From an uncultured Solirubrobacterales bacterium (GTDB lineage Bacteria > Actinomycetota > Thermoleophilia > Solirubrobacterales > Solirubrobacteraceae), in the NCBI GenBank assembly GCA_963813805.1, contig CAWEZZ010000002.1:176558-240557 (forward strand): 64,000 nucleotides of DNA, given 5' to 3'. Numbering within the stretch: the stretch's first letter is position 1; every line of letters begins with the position of its first letter. Under the pieces are notes generated by a model, which worked only from the letters and a program-made list of their open reading frames with translations, did no database searches and was not told where the DNA came from. The position numbers were made by a program, and so were the translations under genes. Below, one piece after another: positions 48,937-60,173 of the stretch.

Positions 48937-49260
48937 ATGGGCAAGGCGCGTCGCGGCAAGCCGGTTCGCCGCCGAGACAAGAAGGGCGGACCCGGAAGCG
49001 GCCGGCGCAAGCCTTGCCAGCACTGTCGCGACAAGGTAGAGCAGGTCGACTACAAGGACGTGGCAACGCTTCGGAAGTTCATCTCCGAGAAGGGCAAGAT
49101 CCGCTCTAGGCGGATCACCGGCGCGTGTCGACGCCACCAGGTGCAGATCGCACGCGCGGTCAAGCGCGCTCGTGAGCTGGCACTGCTGCCCTACGTGAAC
49201 GAGAGCGGTCGCGATGACAGTCCTCGCCGCGAGCGCGGCGATCGCGACCGGGAACGTTAA
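48937..49260 (+). CDS. rpsR: 30S ribosomal protein S18
   Basis: [34 protein letters not shown]. Confidence 0.96.
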   Translation: MGKARRGKPVRRRDKKGGPGSGRRKPCQHCRDKVEQVDYKDVATLRKFISEKGKIRSRRITGACRRHQVQIARAVKRARELALLPYVNESGRDDSPRRERGDRDRER

Positions 49261-49270
49261 GGGTCCGTAG

Positions 49271-49723
49271 ATGCCCGAAGCAATCCTTCTCAAGGATGTC
49301 GAGGAGCTCGGCGAGCAGGGCAAGGTGATCGATGTCTCGAAGGGCTATCTGCGCAACTACCTGGTGCCGCGCAAGCTCGCCCAGCCCGCGACGAGGGGCG
49401 CTATCGAAGCGATCCGTCAGCGCCAGGAGGCCGCCGAGAGGGCCGCGAGGAACGCCGTCGAGAAAGCCCAGGAGAATGTGAGCCTGCTGAACCGGACCGT
49501 TCTCACCGTCCCTCAGCAGGCAGGCGTGGACGGCCGCTTGTTCGGGTCGGTGACCGCGCAGGACATCGCGACTGCGATCCGCGAAGCGCGCGGGCTGAAA
49601 ATCGACAAGCGCAACGTACACATGCCCGAGCCGATCAAGAGCGTTGGCACCTACATGATCGAGGTCGAGGTGGTCGAGAACGTGATCGCCACGATCAAGA
49701 CGATGGTCGTCGCGAAGAAGTAA
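49271..49723 (+). CDS. rplI: 50S ribosomal protein L9
   Basis: ILLKDVEELG, GYLRNYLVP, GRLFGSVT, PIKSVG. Confidence 0.96.
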   Translation: MPEAILLKDVEELGEQGKVIDVSKGYLRNYLVPRKLAQPATRGAIEAIRQRQEAAERAARNAVEKAQENVSLLNRTVLTVPQQAGVDGRLFGSVTAQDIATAIREARGLKIDKRNVHMPEPIKSVGTYMIEVEVVENVIATIKTMVVAKK

Positions 49724-49813
49724 TCGCCCGCGCAGGAAACTCGGGCACCCTCCAAAGCCGGCTCGGCCCGGAGCCCGGACGCCGGTCACATCCACCCTGC
49801 GGCCTATCGTGTT

Positions 49814-52567
49814 GTGCTCGTGTCCGCATCTTTCTTGGCCTCAATCGCCCACGGCGAGGCGGTGCTGCGCTTCCCCTACGACGAGCGCCTGCGCCAGCTT
49901 TTGCGTGCGGTTCCGGGGCGCCGCTGGGATCCCGTTGGGCGAGCGTGGTGCATCCCCCTCGATCCCGAGCGTGCTGAGGCGCTCGCGCGCCTGTTCGCCG
50001 GCCTGTCGAGAGCGCCAGATGTGACGCACGAGCTCGCCCGCGCGATAGAACGCCAACGTGCCAGACGCCGCTACGACGAATGCGTGCTCGACCTCGCCCG
50101 GCCTGATGAAAACTGGTGGCTCAGTTTCGCAACCGACACCGCGCCCGCGCTCGCCCAAGCGCTGCTCGAGCACCCCGACGGCTATCGCCTGCCGATGATC
50201 GCCCGCGCACTGATCCCACTCGACAGCCATGCCGCGCACCTGGTCGAAGAGCTGCCCACGGCCACCTGCCGACTGCGTCTGACCGACGACGCGGCGCATG
50301 CACTTACCGAGATCAAACAGGGCGCCTCCGTCACTCCGGAGCGGGGCTCGCGGAAGCGGGGCTCGCTCACCCACGACGTCGAGCTGCGTCGCGACCGTCG
50401 CGGGGAGCATTGGATCATGATCGCCGCTGCCCACGCGCCGCTCGCCCGGGTGCTCGCCGGTCGTGCCGACCTGCGCGCCCTGGACGGCCCCGACGCAACG
50501 TTTGCGCTGGCGACTGTCGAGCACGACGCCGAGTCGATCGCCGAGCTGATCTCAGAGCTCCAGGTCGACCTGATCGACCCGCGCGTGCAGAGCTGGCTGG
50601 CGCGCGTCACCACCTGGACGGGCACGGTCGAGGCTGCGGGCCCCCACGAACAGCCCGTGTTCCTGCTGCTCGGTGAGACTCGCCGCCTGCCGCGCGAGTT
50701 GCGGGAACAGGCGGTGAGCGCCCCCGGCGGCGCGACGGTGCCGTTGACGCTCGAATCGTGGCGACTGATGGACGGACGGCTGCGTGGCTGGATCAGCCCC
50801 GGGGCAAAGCGCTGCATCGCGGCTCTGCGCGAGGGCCAGCCCGCACCTGCGGCCGTGCTCGAACGCTCCACCCTGCACGAGGATCCCATCTTCGTCCTCG
50901 CGCCCGGCCACGACCCCGACCAGCTCGACGCCTTCACGGCACTCGCGGGCGTGGCGCCCGGCAAGTCCCGCCACGACGGCCCAGGACATGCGACGGGGGG
51001 CGCGGGCGAGCATGCTGGGCTCCCCTCGATTCGCGCCGATCCGTTCTGCGTTCCCGAGCTCGACCGTTTTCTCACCGCGCACAAAACCTGGATAGCACCC
51101 GAGGCGCTCACACTGCTGCAGGAGATCCGCGAGGAACACGCCCAGGTCGCTGGTCTAGTGGCACTCTCAGCCGCGACCGATGCCCCGCTCGACGTCCCCG
51201 GGCTCGGCGGTGAGCTGAAGCCGTTCCAGCGCGCAGGTGTGCGCTACCTGCTGGCGCAGCGGCGAGCGTTTCTCGCCGACGAGCAGGGTCTCGGCAAGAC
51301 GATCGAGGCGCTCGCGACGCTCGAGGCCGACGCCGCCTACCCGGCGATCGTCGTGTGCCCGGCGAGCCTCAAGCTGAACTGGCTGCGCGAGCTCGAGCTT
51401 TGGCTTCCTGGCCGCAGCGCCCAAACGCTCGCCGGCACACGCGCGGACGCTCCGATCGTGCCTGCCGACGTGATCGTCGTCAACTACGACATTGTCGCCG
51501 CGCGGCTGGCGCAGTTACAGAACCTCCAGCCGCGCGCACTCGTGCTCGACGAGTCACACTACTGCAAGAACGCTGCCGCGAAGCGCACCCAGGCGGTCCA
51601 GCGGCTGTCCGCGACGGTGCCGAACGACGGCCTTGTGCTCGCGCTCACCGGCACGCCTGTGATGAACCGTCCACCCGAGTTGATCTCGCAATTGCGGATC
51701 CTCGGGCGACTTGCCGACTTCGGCTCGGGCGCGCAGTTCGGTAAGCGCTTCTGTGGCCCCGACGCGCACCTGCGCCTGCATTGGCATCTGCGCGCGCGCT
51801 GCTTCGCGCGTCGCCTGAAGGCCGACGTCCTACCGCAGCTGCCGGCAAAGACCCGTGCCGTCGTGCCGATCGAGCTCGACAACGAATCCGAGTACCGTCT
51901 CGCCGAGCGCGACGTCGTCGCGTGGCTGCAAAGCCAGCCGCTGGACCTGCGTGAGCTCGACGCGAAGGTCGCGGCGGCGTTGCGCGCCGAGCGCCTCGTG
52001 CGGCTCAATGCGCTCAAGCTGCTCGCCGCCCGTGGCAAGCTCCACGCCGCGTTGGCCTGGATCCACGACTTCTGCACTTCCGGCGAGCGCCTGGTCGTGT
52101 TTGCACACCACCGCGAGATCCAGCGCGCCGTGCTTGAGCGCTTCCCCTCGGCGTTGCACATTCTGGGTGAGGACACCCACACCGCCAGGGACGCCTCGCT
52201 GCGCGCATTCCAGGCGCCCGACGGCGCCGAGAACCAGCTGATCGTCTGCTCGATTGAGGTCGCCGGCCAGGGCCTCACGCTGACGCAGTCCTCCAACGTC
52301 GCCTTCCTGGAGCTCGACTGGACCCCAGCGAAGCACGATCAGGCCGAGGACCGCTGCCATCGCATCGGCCAGCAGGACGCGGTCAACGCCTCCTACCTGC
52401 TCGCGGCCGGCACCATCGACGAGACGATCGCGACCCTGCTGGAGCGCAAGCGCGCGGTGATCGGCGCGGTCACCGACGGCCGCGCCGAGGATGAGGGAGG
52501 CGTCGTGGACGCCCTCGTGCGCGAGCTGCGCGGCACGCCCTACCGACACCTGAGTGCCGCCGCGTGA
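49814..52567 (+). CDS. SNF2-family helicase with N-terminal HARP-like domain
   Basis: LADEQGLGKT, DESH, LTGTP, GLTLT, QAEDRCHRIGQ; N-terminal FPYD...PGRRWDP...W. Confidence 0.88.
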   Translation: MLVSASFLASIAHGEAVLRFPYDERLRQLLRAVPGRRWDPVGRAWCIPLDPERAEALARLFAGLSRAPDVTHELARAIERQRARRRYDECVLDLARPDENWWLSFATDTAPALAQALLEHPDGYRLPMIARALIPLDSHAAHLVEELPTATCRLRLTDDAAHALTEIKQGASVTPERGSRKRGSLTHDVELRRDRRGEHWIMIAAAHAPLARVLAGRADLRALDGPDATFALATVEHDAESIAELISELQVDLIDPRVQSWLARVTTWTGTVEAAGPHEQPVFLLLGETRRLPRELREQAVSAPGGATVPLTLESWRLMDGRLRGWISPGAKRCIAALREGQPAPAAVLERSTLHEDPIFVLAPGHDPDQLDAFTALAGVAPGKSRHDGPGHATGGAGEHAGLPSIRADPFCVPELDRFLTAHKTWIAPEALTLLQEIREEHAQVAGLVALSAATDAPLDVPGLGGELKPFQRAGVRYLLAQRRAFLADEQGLGKTIEALATLEADAAYPAIVVCPASLKLNWLRELELWLPGRSAQTLAGTRADAPIVPADVIVVNYDIVAARLAQLQNLQPRALVLDESHYCKNAAAKRTQAVQRLSATVPNDGLVLALTGTPVMNRPPELISQLRILGRLADFGSGAQFGKRFCGPDAHLRLHWHLRARCFARRLKADVLPQLPAKTRAVVPIELDNESEYRLAERDVVAWLQSQPLDLRELDAKVAAALRAERLVRLNALKLLAARGKLHAALAWIHDFCTSGERLVVFAHHREIQRAVLERFPSALHILGEDTHTARDASLRAFQAPDGAENQLIVCSIEVAGQGLTLTQSSNVAFLELDWTPAKHDQAEDRCHRIGQQDAVNASYLLAAGTIDETIATLLERKRAVIGAVTDGRAEDEGGVVDALVRELRGTPYRHLSAAA

Positions 52568-52727
52568 ACGCGAGCGGCTAACCTGGCGACGTCGAGAACC
52601 TCGACCTGGAGGTTGCCCGGCTTTGCGTCCGTCCGTGCTAGGAGCATCTGTTGCGCATTGATTTCCCCCGACGTAGCGGCTTGACCTTCAGACCCACGGC
52701 TAGAGGCAGCCTAGACTCGCCCAAGCC

Positions 52728-55522
<2,795 letters not shown>

Positions 55523-55525
55523 CTC

Positions 55526-56602
55526 CTACCGTACGTCGCGAGCCAGCTGCTCGCTCGCGATGTAGCGTGTGGCGGGTCCCTTTCCCTGCTGGCTGATCAG
55601 CCCCGCATCGAGGAGGCGCCGTAGGTCGCTGCTCGCGGTAGGTGCCGACACGTCGGCCTCAGCGGCGTAGGCGGCTCGGTCAGTGCCTTGGAAGAGGCTC
55701 TGCTCGAGGGCGATGACGAGACGATCAGGCCAGTCGCGCTGCTCCGCGAGCTTCTCGAGGTACGCCCATCGCGCACCAGCCTCGGCGAGTTGCCGCAGGC
55801 GCCGGCGTGCTTGCGCCACGTGGGCTTGGGCGCAGAGTCTCACAAAGGGTGTCGCATCGCGCTCTGGTTGATAGGACCCGCCCTGCACCGCCTGCAGGGT
55901 CGCGTAGTAGGCCGGCGTGTTGCTGTGAAGGTATTCCTCGATCGAGACGAACTCTCCTGCCAGCAACCCGCCACGGGCGAGCACAAGCGACTGTACGATC
56001 CGTGAGATTCGGCCGTTGCCGTCCCGGAAGGGGTGGGCGGAGACGATATGCAGATGGGCCATCGCCGCACGCACAACGAGGTGCGCGTCAGGATCACCAT
56101 GGTCAAGCCATTGCATGATCTCCCCCATAAGTCGCGGCACTTCTTCGGCCGGCGGACCGACGTACGCGGGCGGTCCACCATCCGGGCCAGTGACCTCAAT
56201 CCCGCTCCGGCGGTACTGGCCCGGCTCCTTGTCCTTCTGGAAGTAGCAGGCGTCAAAATGCAGATCGAGCACAACACGATCCACCCACCGGAAAACGGGA
56301 TCATCCGACATGACGCCGACGTGGTCCATCGCCCGCGCGTAGCTGGAGAGCGCCATCCGGTCCTCATCGGTCGGGCCCGCCGGCTCATTCCCGCTCACCA
56401 CCGCCAGCGTCTCATCCTCGGGCACGTGGAAACCCTCGATCTCGATCGAGCTCTCGGCTGAGGACGCACGCCACTGACGGCGCAGGGCGCCGAGCCACCG
56501 TCCGGCGACTCTGGCCTGGTCCCCCAACTCGTCGCGCAAGGCGTCAAATGCGGCGAGTTCGGCTTCCAGCGCAGCATCGGGCTGAGGAGTACGGTAAATC
56601 AT
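55526..56602 (-). CDS. Fic family protein (class II) with C-terminal winged HTH
   Basis: HPFRDGNGRISR, N-terminal SSIEIEG inhibitory motif, TASSDLRRLLDAGLI. Confidence 0.92.
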   Translation of the reverse strand: MIYRTPQPDAALEAELAAFDALRDELGDQARVAGRWLGALRRQWRASSAESSIEIEGFHVPEDETLAVVSGNEPAGPTDEDRMALSSYARAMDHVGVMSDDPVFRWVDRVVLDLHFDACYFQKDKEPGQYRRSGIEVTGPDGGPPAYVGPPAEEVPRLMGEIMQWLDHGDPDAHLVVRAAMAHLHIVSAHPFRDGNGRISRIVQSLVLARGGLLAGEFVSIEEYLHSNTPAYYATLQAVQGGSYQPERDATPFVRLCAQAHVAQARRRLRQLAEAGARWAYLEKLAEQRDWPDRLVIALEQSLFQGTDRAAYAAEADVSAPTASSDLRRLLDAGLISQQGKGPATRYIASEQLARDVR

Positions 56603-56617
56603 GATCGTAACTATAGC

Positions 56618-56635
56618 CGATTATTCGTATAATCG
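56618..56635. promoter_or_regulatory. Palindromic operator-like site upstream of fic
   Basis: CGATTAT-TCGT-ATAATCG dyad about 16 bp before the start codon. Confidence 0.45.
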
Positions 56636-56809
56636 TCTTTGAGAAAGAGGTCTTTAGCGATTTTCCGTATCCTAGAGAGAGGCTCCTTGCCCAAGGCTTC
56701 CGAAGGGCAGATCGACGAGCCCGCTCCGGCTGTCCACGCCTATCCACGGCGCACCCTGGGTACGCCCTGCAAGAGCACGAATTCGCACCCTTTCGCAGCC
56801 TTCTGTCCG

Positions 56810-56848
56810 AAAGTGGGCCGTGCAGGAATCGAACCTGCAACCTTGGGC
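56810..56848 (-). repeat. att site: 39-bp duplicate of the tRNA-Lys 3' end
   Basis: Identical to 62786-62824. Confidence 0.93.
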
Positions 56849-56908
56849 CTACTATCGGCTATTCCGTCTGAGTTCCATTTTGTTTCCGTTTCTTGCTACA
56901 ATATAGGC

Positions 56909-57247
56909 ATGAGCTTGGCTTACGCAGACGAGGCGATCCGGATCAGGCAGCGCGCGCCGCTGACCGAGCGCGACATCGCGCGGGCGACCGGGGCGGGAGT
57001 CTCGACAGTCAGCGCGTGGCTTCATCGCACGCGCGCGCCCACCGGGCGCCGGGCAGAACGACTGGTGGAGCTCTCGGCGATCATCGACCGGCTGGCGGCG
57101 GTGCTGGAAGCCGACTACGTGCCGGTGTGGCTAAACCGCCCACTGGCAGCGCTCGGGCATCGCAAGCCGATCGACGTGCTCGCCGGCGGCGGCTACGAGG
57201 AGCTCTCGCGTTTGGTCGCTGCACTCGAATCCCCGACCTTCACGTAG
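56909..57247 (+). CDS. Xre/MbcA/ParS-type antitoxin
   Basis: N-terminal HTH, C-terminal WLNRPLAALGHRKPIDVL; TACAAT -10 six nt before ATG (leaderless). Confidence 0.85.
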   Translation: MSLAYADEAIRIRQRAPLTERDIARATGAGVSTVSAWLHRTRAPTGRRAERLVELSAIIDRLAAVLEADYVPVWLNRPLAALGHRKPIDVLAGGGYEELSRLVAALESPTFT

Positions 57248-57253
57248 CCCAAC

Positions 57254-57790
57254 GTGGACGCGGCGAGCGCGACGCGAATGCCGGTGACGGGCACGTGGCT
57301 GCGCCACATACCGGCCGGCAGCGACGCGCTGTACCGTCCGCCGACACCCGCCGACGGGCGCTGGCAACGTGGAGCGATCGTCGAGGGCATCTACCTGGCC
57401 GCCGAGGAGGCGACCGTGTGGGCCGAGTGGTACCGGTGGCTCGCGGAGCTCGAGATCGAGCCGCTGCGCGGACTGCCGCGCGAGCTTTGGCGCTATCGAG
57501 CGAGCTTGCCCTCGGTCGCAGACCTGACCAGCGCCGAGACGCTCGCCGCCCTCGGACTGCCGACCGCCGAGCCGAGCAGAGACCAATGGTCGGCCTTCCA
57601 AGATGTCGGCGAGCAGCTGCACGCCGCCGGCTGCGACGGCCTGCTGTATCACTCGGCTGCGCGCCCGGGTGGGTTGTGCCTATGCGTGTTCCGCGCGAAC
57701 GCAACCGCGGCATCGGGGCGCCTTGAGCCGCTCGCGCGAGCGCGGCGGGTGAGCAGACCACCGGCGCCACCACGTGGACTGCGGACCTGA
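57254..57790 (+). CDS. RES domain toxin (NAD+ phosphorylase-like)
   Basis: GRW...IYLA...AE...GLLYHSAARPG pattern; directly after the antitoxin. Confidence 0.85.
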   Translation: MDAASATRMPVTGTWLRHIPAGSDALYRPPTPADGRWQRGAIVEGIYLAAEEATVWAEWYRWLAELEIEPLRGLPRELWRYRASLPSVADLTSAETLAALGLPTAEPSRDQWSAFQDVGEQLHAAGCDGLLYHSAARPGGLCLCVFRANATAASGRLEPLARARRVSRPPAPPRGLRT

Positions 57791-57975
57791 TCCAGTCTTC
57801 ATTCGTCTGCCTTTCAGCCGTCAGCGCCTCGCGGGGATGAGGGCAGGGTTGACCACTCGTTCTGATCCCAGACCTCAGCGGCGCGAGGAGGACGGAAGCC
57901 GCGCATTGAGGGACTTCGGGCTAGCTCGCGTTGGCGGTTGTCTGAGCCTGACGTCGCCGACGTGTGCGACGCGGC

Positions 57976-58488
57976 TCAGCCGCTGAAGCCACCCCAGGGC
58001 GAGTTCCCTTGCTGGAGTTGCACGAGCGGTAGAGCACCTGCAGGTTGGCGGGATCGGTCGAACTGCCTCCCAGCGACCACGGCGTGATCTTGTGGTCGAT
58101 CGTCAGGTCCTCCGTCGCTCCACACCCTTGACAGTGTTCTCCGTCTCGCTTCATCACAAGTGCACGGACATCCGCTGGGATCTTGCCCTCGTCTATGTAC
58201 GGGCGTGCCAGTGCTGCCCCTTTTGAATCGCTCTGCTGCGGTAGGCATCCCGGCAGCGTGCGACCAGTCATACAGGTCCTGTAGTTCGGAGTCGTCAAAC
58301 GCCTTCCAGAGTGCCTGCGGGTCGAGCTGCGACAAGGCGACGGCGGCAGGCTCCCATGGAAAGCCAGTGCGCTCAGCGTCCTCAATCTCCTCGAACAGTT
58401 CTTGTCTTTCTTCCAGCGGTCCTCGTGCCCAGTTCTCGACCCACCGTCGAAATCCGGCTCCGATTGAGCTGTCGTCGGGCACACTCAT
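57976..58488 (-). pseudogene. HNH endonuclease, disrupted
   Basis: N-terminus from ATG 58488 (GAGG RBS); HNH core RDGEHCQGCG...IDH...GG...NLQVLYRSCNSSKG in another frame; Cys to Tyr change in CxxCN. Confidence 0.7.
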
Positions 58489-58553
58489 ATCTCACCTCTT
58501 TGTCGTTGCGCGTGCGGATTCTACCCTGACGTGGCTGACGCTGAGGTGGGTGA

Positions 58554-58934
58554 GTGACAGGGGTGGTCAGCCTCGTCAGCAGTAGGCTTTCGCCCGTGCG
58601 CGTTCGAGCTTGCCTGACCGTGGTTGCCCTGACGTTGTCGCTGTCCGCATGCGGAAGCGGCAGCAATAGCGGTGCGGAACTCGCGACCAATATCCGAGAG
58701 TCCCTCGGCGCGAAGTCTGTGCAGAAGATCGAATGCAAAGAAGCTGGCTTGAACGGCAAGGGCGAAAAGATGCGGTCGTGTGAAGTCGCGTACACCACCG
58801 AATCCGAGAACATTGAAAAGACGGGAACTGAAACACTCTCTTGCAACGAAACCCTCGAAGTCGGCCCTGATAACAAGCCGATTGTCGCCCCTGGCGGCAC
58901 GCATACATGCACGCCGACGGAAACGCAAACCTAG
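58554..58934 (+). CDS. Hypothetical lipoprotein
   Basis: Lipobox LSAC, four further Cys, lower GC. Confidence 0.6.
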   Translation: MTGVVSLVSSRLSPVRVRACLTVVALTLSLSACGSGSNSGAELATNIRESLGAKSVQKIECKEAGLNGKGEKMRSCEVAYTTESENIEKTGTETLSCNETLEVGPDNKPIVAPGGTHTCTPTETQT

Positions 58935-58942
58935 CCGTAGAG

Positions 58943-59326
58943 ATGGGAGTCCATGAGGCCACCAAGGAGAAGGTTCGCTATGCCGCTTTGATGGCAGGCC
59001 TCAAGCAGGCCGAGCTCGTCGAGCGCGCGGTCGATGAGTACGTCGAGCATCACCGCGAGCTGTTTGCGCTGCGCATGGAGCGCGCGCACGGGGCGCCGCT
59101 GGGCGGCAAGACGTCCATGCTCGCGTACTCGCTGGGCGTCGGTGAGGCCGATGTTGAGCGGGTCGGCGGTGTTGCGTCCGATCAGCTTGGTGACCGATCG
59201 GACCCGCGCGAAGAGCTGGCCTTCCAGGTCAACCTCTCCGACTACGGCCACACCCTCCGTCAAGAAGGCGGCAGCGTGACCGACGCTTGGAGGCCTGGCG
59301 CCCCACCAGATGGGTGGGTCCATTGA
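58943..59326 (+). CDS. Hypothetical protein, ribbon-helix-helix-like N-terminus (possibly a remnant)
   Basis: ATKEKVRYAALMAGLKQAELVERAVDEY helix pattern. Confidence 0.45.
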   Translation: MGVHEATKEKVRYAALMAGLKQAELVERAVDEYVEHHRELFALRMERAHGAPLGGKTSMLAYSLGVGEADVERVGGVASDQLGDRSDPREELAFQVNLSDYGHTLRQEGGSVTDAWRPGAPPDGWVH

Positions 59327-59537
59327 TCCCGGAACGCGGCGCGAGCTGTCAAAAGGCAGCACTCAGGGGAAAGCGCGAGTCGGTGATCGAGGGCGCGCGA
59401 GGACCACGGGCAGCCCCAGCGTCGGGAGTTGTTGCGGCCGGGTGGCCGCCGCTACGTACACCGGAGGCGTCGGCTTCGCCTCCTTGTCGGCCCCAAAGTC
59501 GGTGGCCGGTGCGGGCAGGTCGAGGTCTGTAACCGCG

Positions 59538-59789
59538 ATGGCCCAACCAGCCTCACAAATGCAAAATCCTCGACCAATGGGCTCGACCGTCCACCATCCG
59601 CTCACCGCCGCCGACGTGATGACCGCAGCGGAGGTCGCCGCCCTTCTGCGCGTACCGCGATCGACCGTGGAGGACTGGGCGCGACGAGGGATCGTCCCGT
59701 CGAGGAAGGTCGGCCGGCGACGGCTGTACGTCCGGGCGAGGATCGAGGCCCTGCTGCTCGGCGATGACACCGAACTCAGCCCTGAGTGA
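59538..59789 (+). CDS. Excisionase-like helix-turn-helix protein (HTH_17)
   Basis: MTAAEVAALLRVPRSTVEDWARRGIVPSRKVG. Confidence 0.85.
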   Translation: MAQPASQMQNPRPMGSTVHHPLTAADVMTAAEVAALLRVPRSTVEDWARRGIVPSRKVGRRRLYVRARIEALLLGDDTELSPE

Positions 59790-59824
59790 AGACCGAGGCC
59801 CGACGGCTACTCTGAAGGAGCGTC

Positions 59825-60052
59825 ATGAACACCATTCGCATCCTCCACCACCACGAGCCCGGCTTTGGCTGGAGCTTCGAGTCGCCCGACATTCCCGGCC
59901 TGACCGGCGGAGGCGACGCCTACGACCAGGCGCACGCCGAGAACGCCGCCAGATTCGCGCTGGTGTGCGCCGCCGAAGAGCAGGGCGATCCCGCGCCCAC
60001 CGATCTTCTGTTCGAGCACTACGTGCCAGTCGGCGTTGCCGCCGCCGCATAG
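59825..60052 (+). CDS. Small HicB-like/DUF1902-like protein
   Basis: AAGGAG RBS; GWSFESPDIPGLTGGG pattern. Confidence 0.6.
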   Translation: MNTIRILHHHEPGFGWSFESPDIPGLTGGGDAYDQAHAENAARFALVCAAEEQGDPAPTDLLFEHYVPVGVAAAA

Positions 60053-60173
60053 CGACGACACTACTCCGCGCCGTCAAGCGACATCCACCGCCAGGAACGA
60101 GCTGGCGCTGGAGAAGACGCATCCTGAGTGGCGACGGCATGCTTTGCGCCGGTTGTGCGTGCAGAATGCGTCA

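Noticed and set aside
56810-56848. A second tRNA-Lys gene
   Set aside because: Only the 3' half is present; it is an att duplicate
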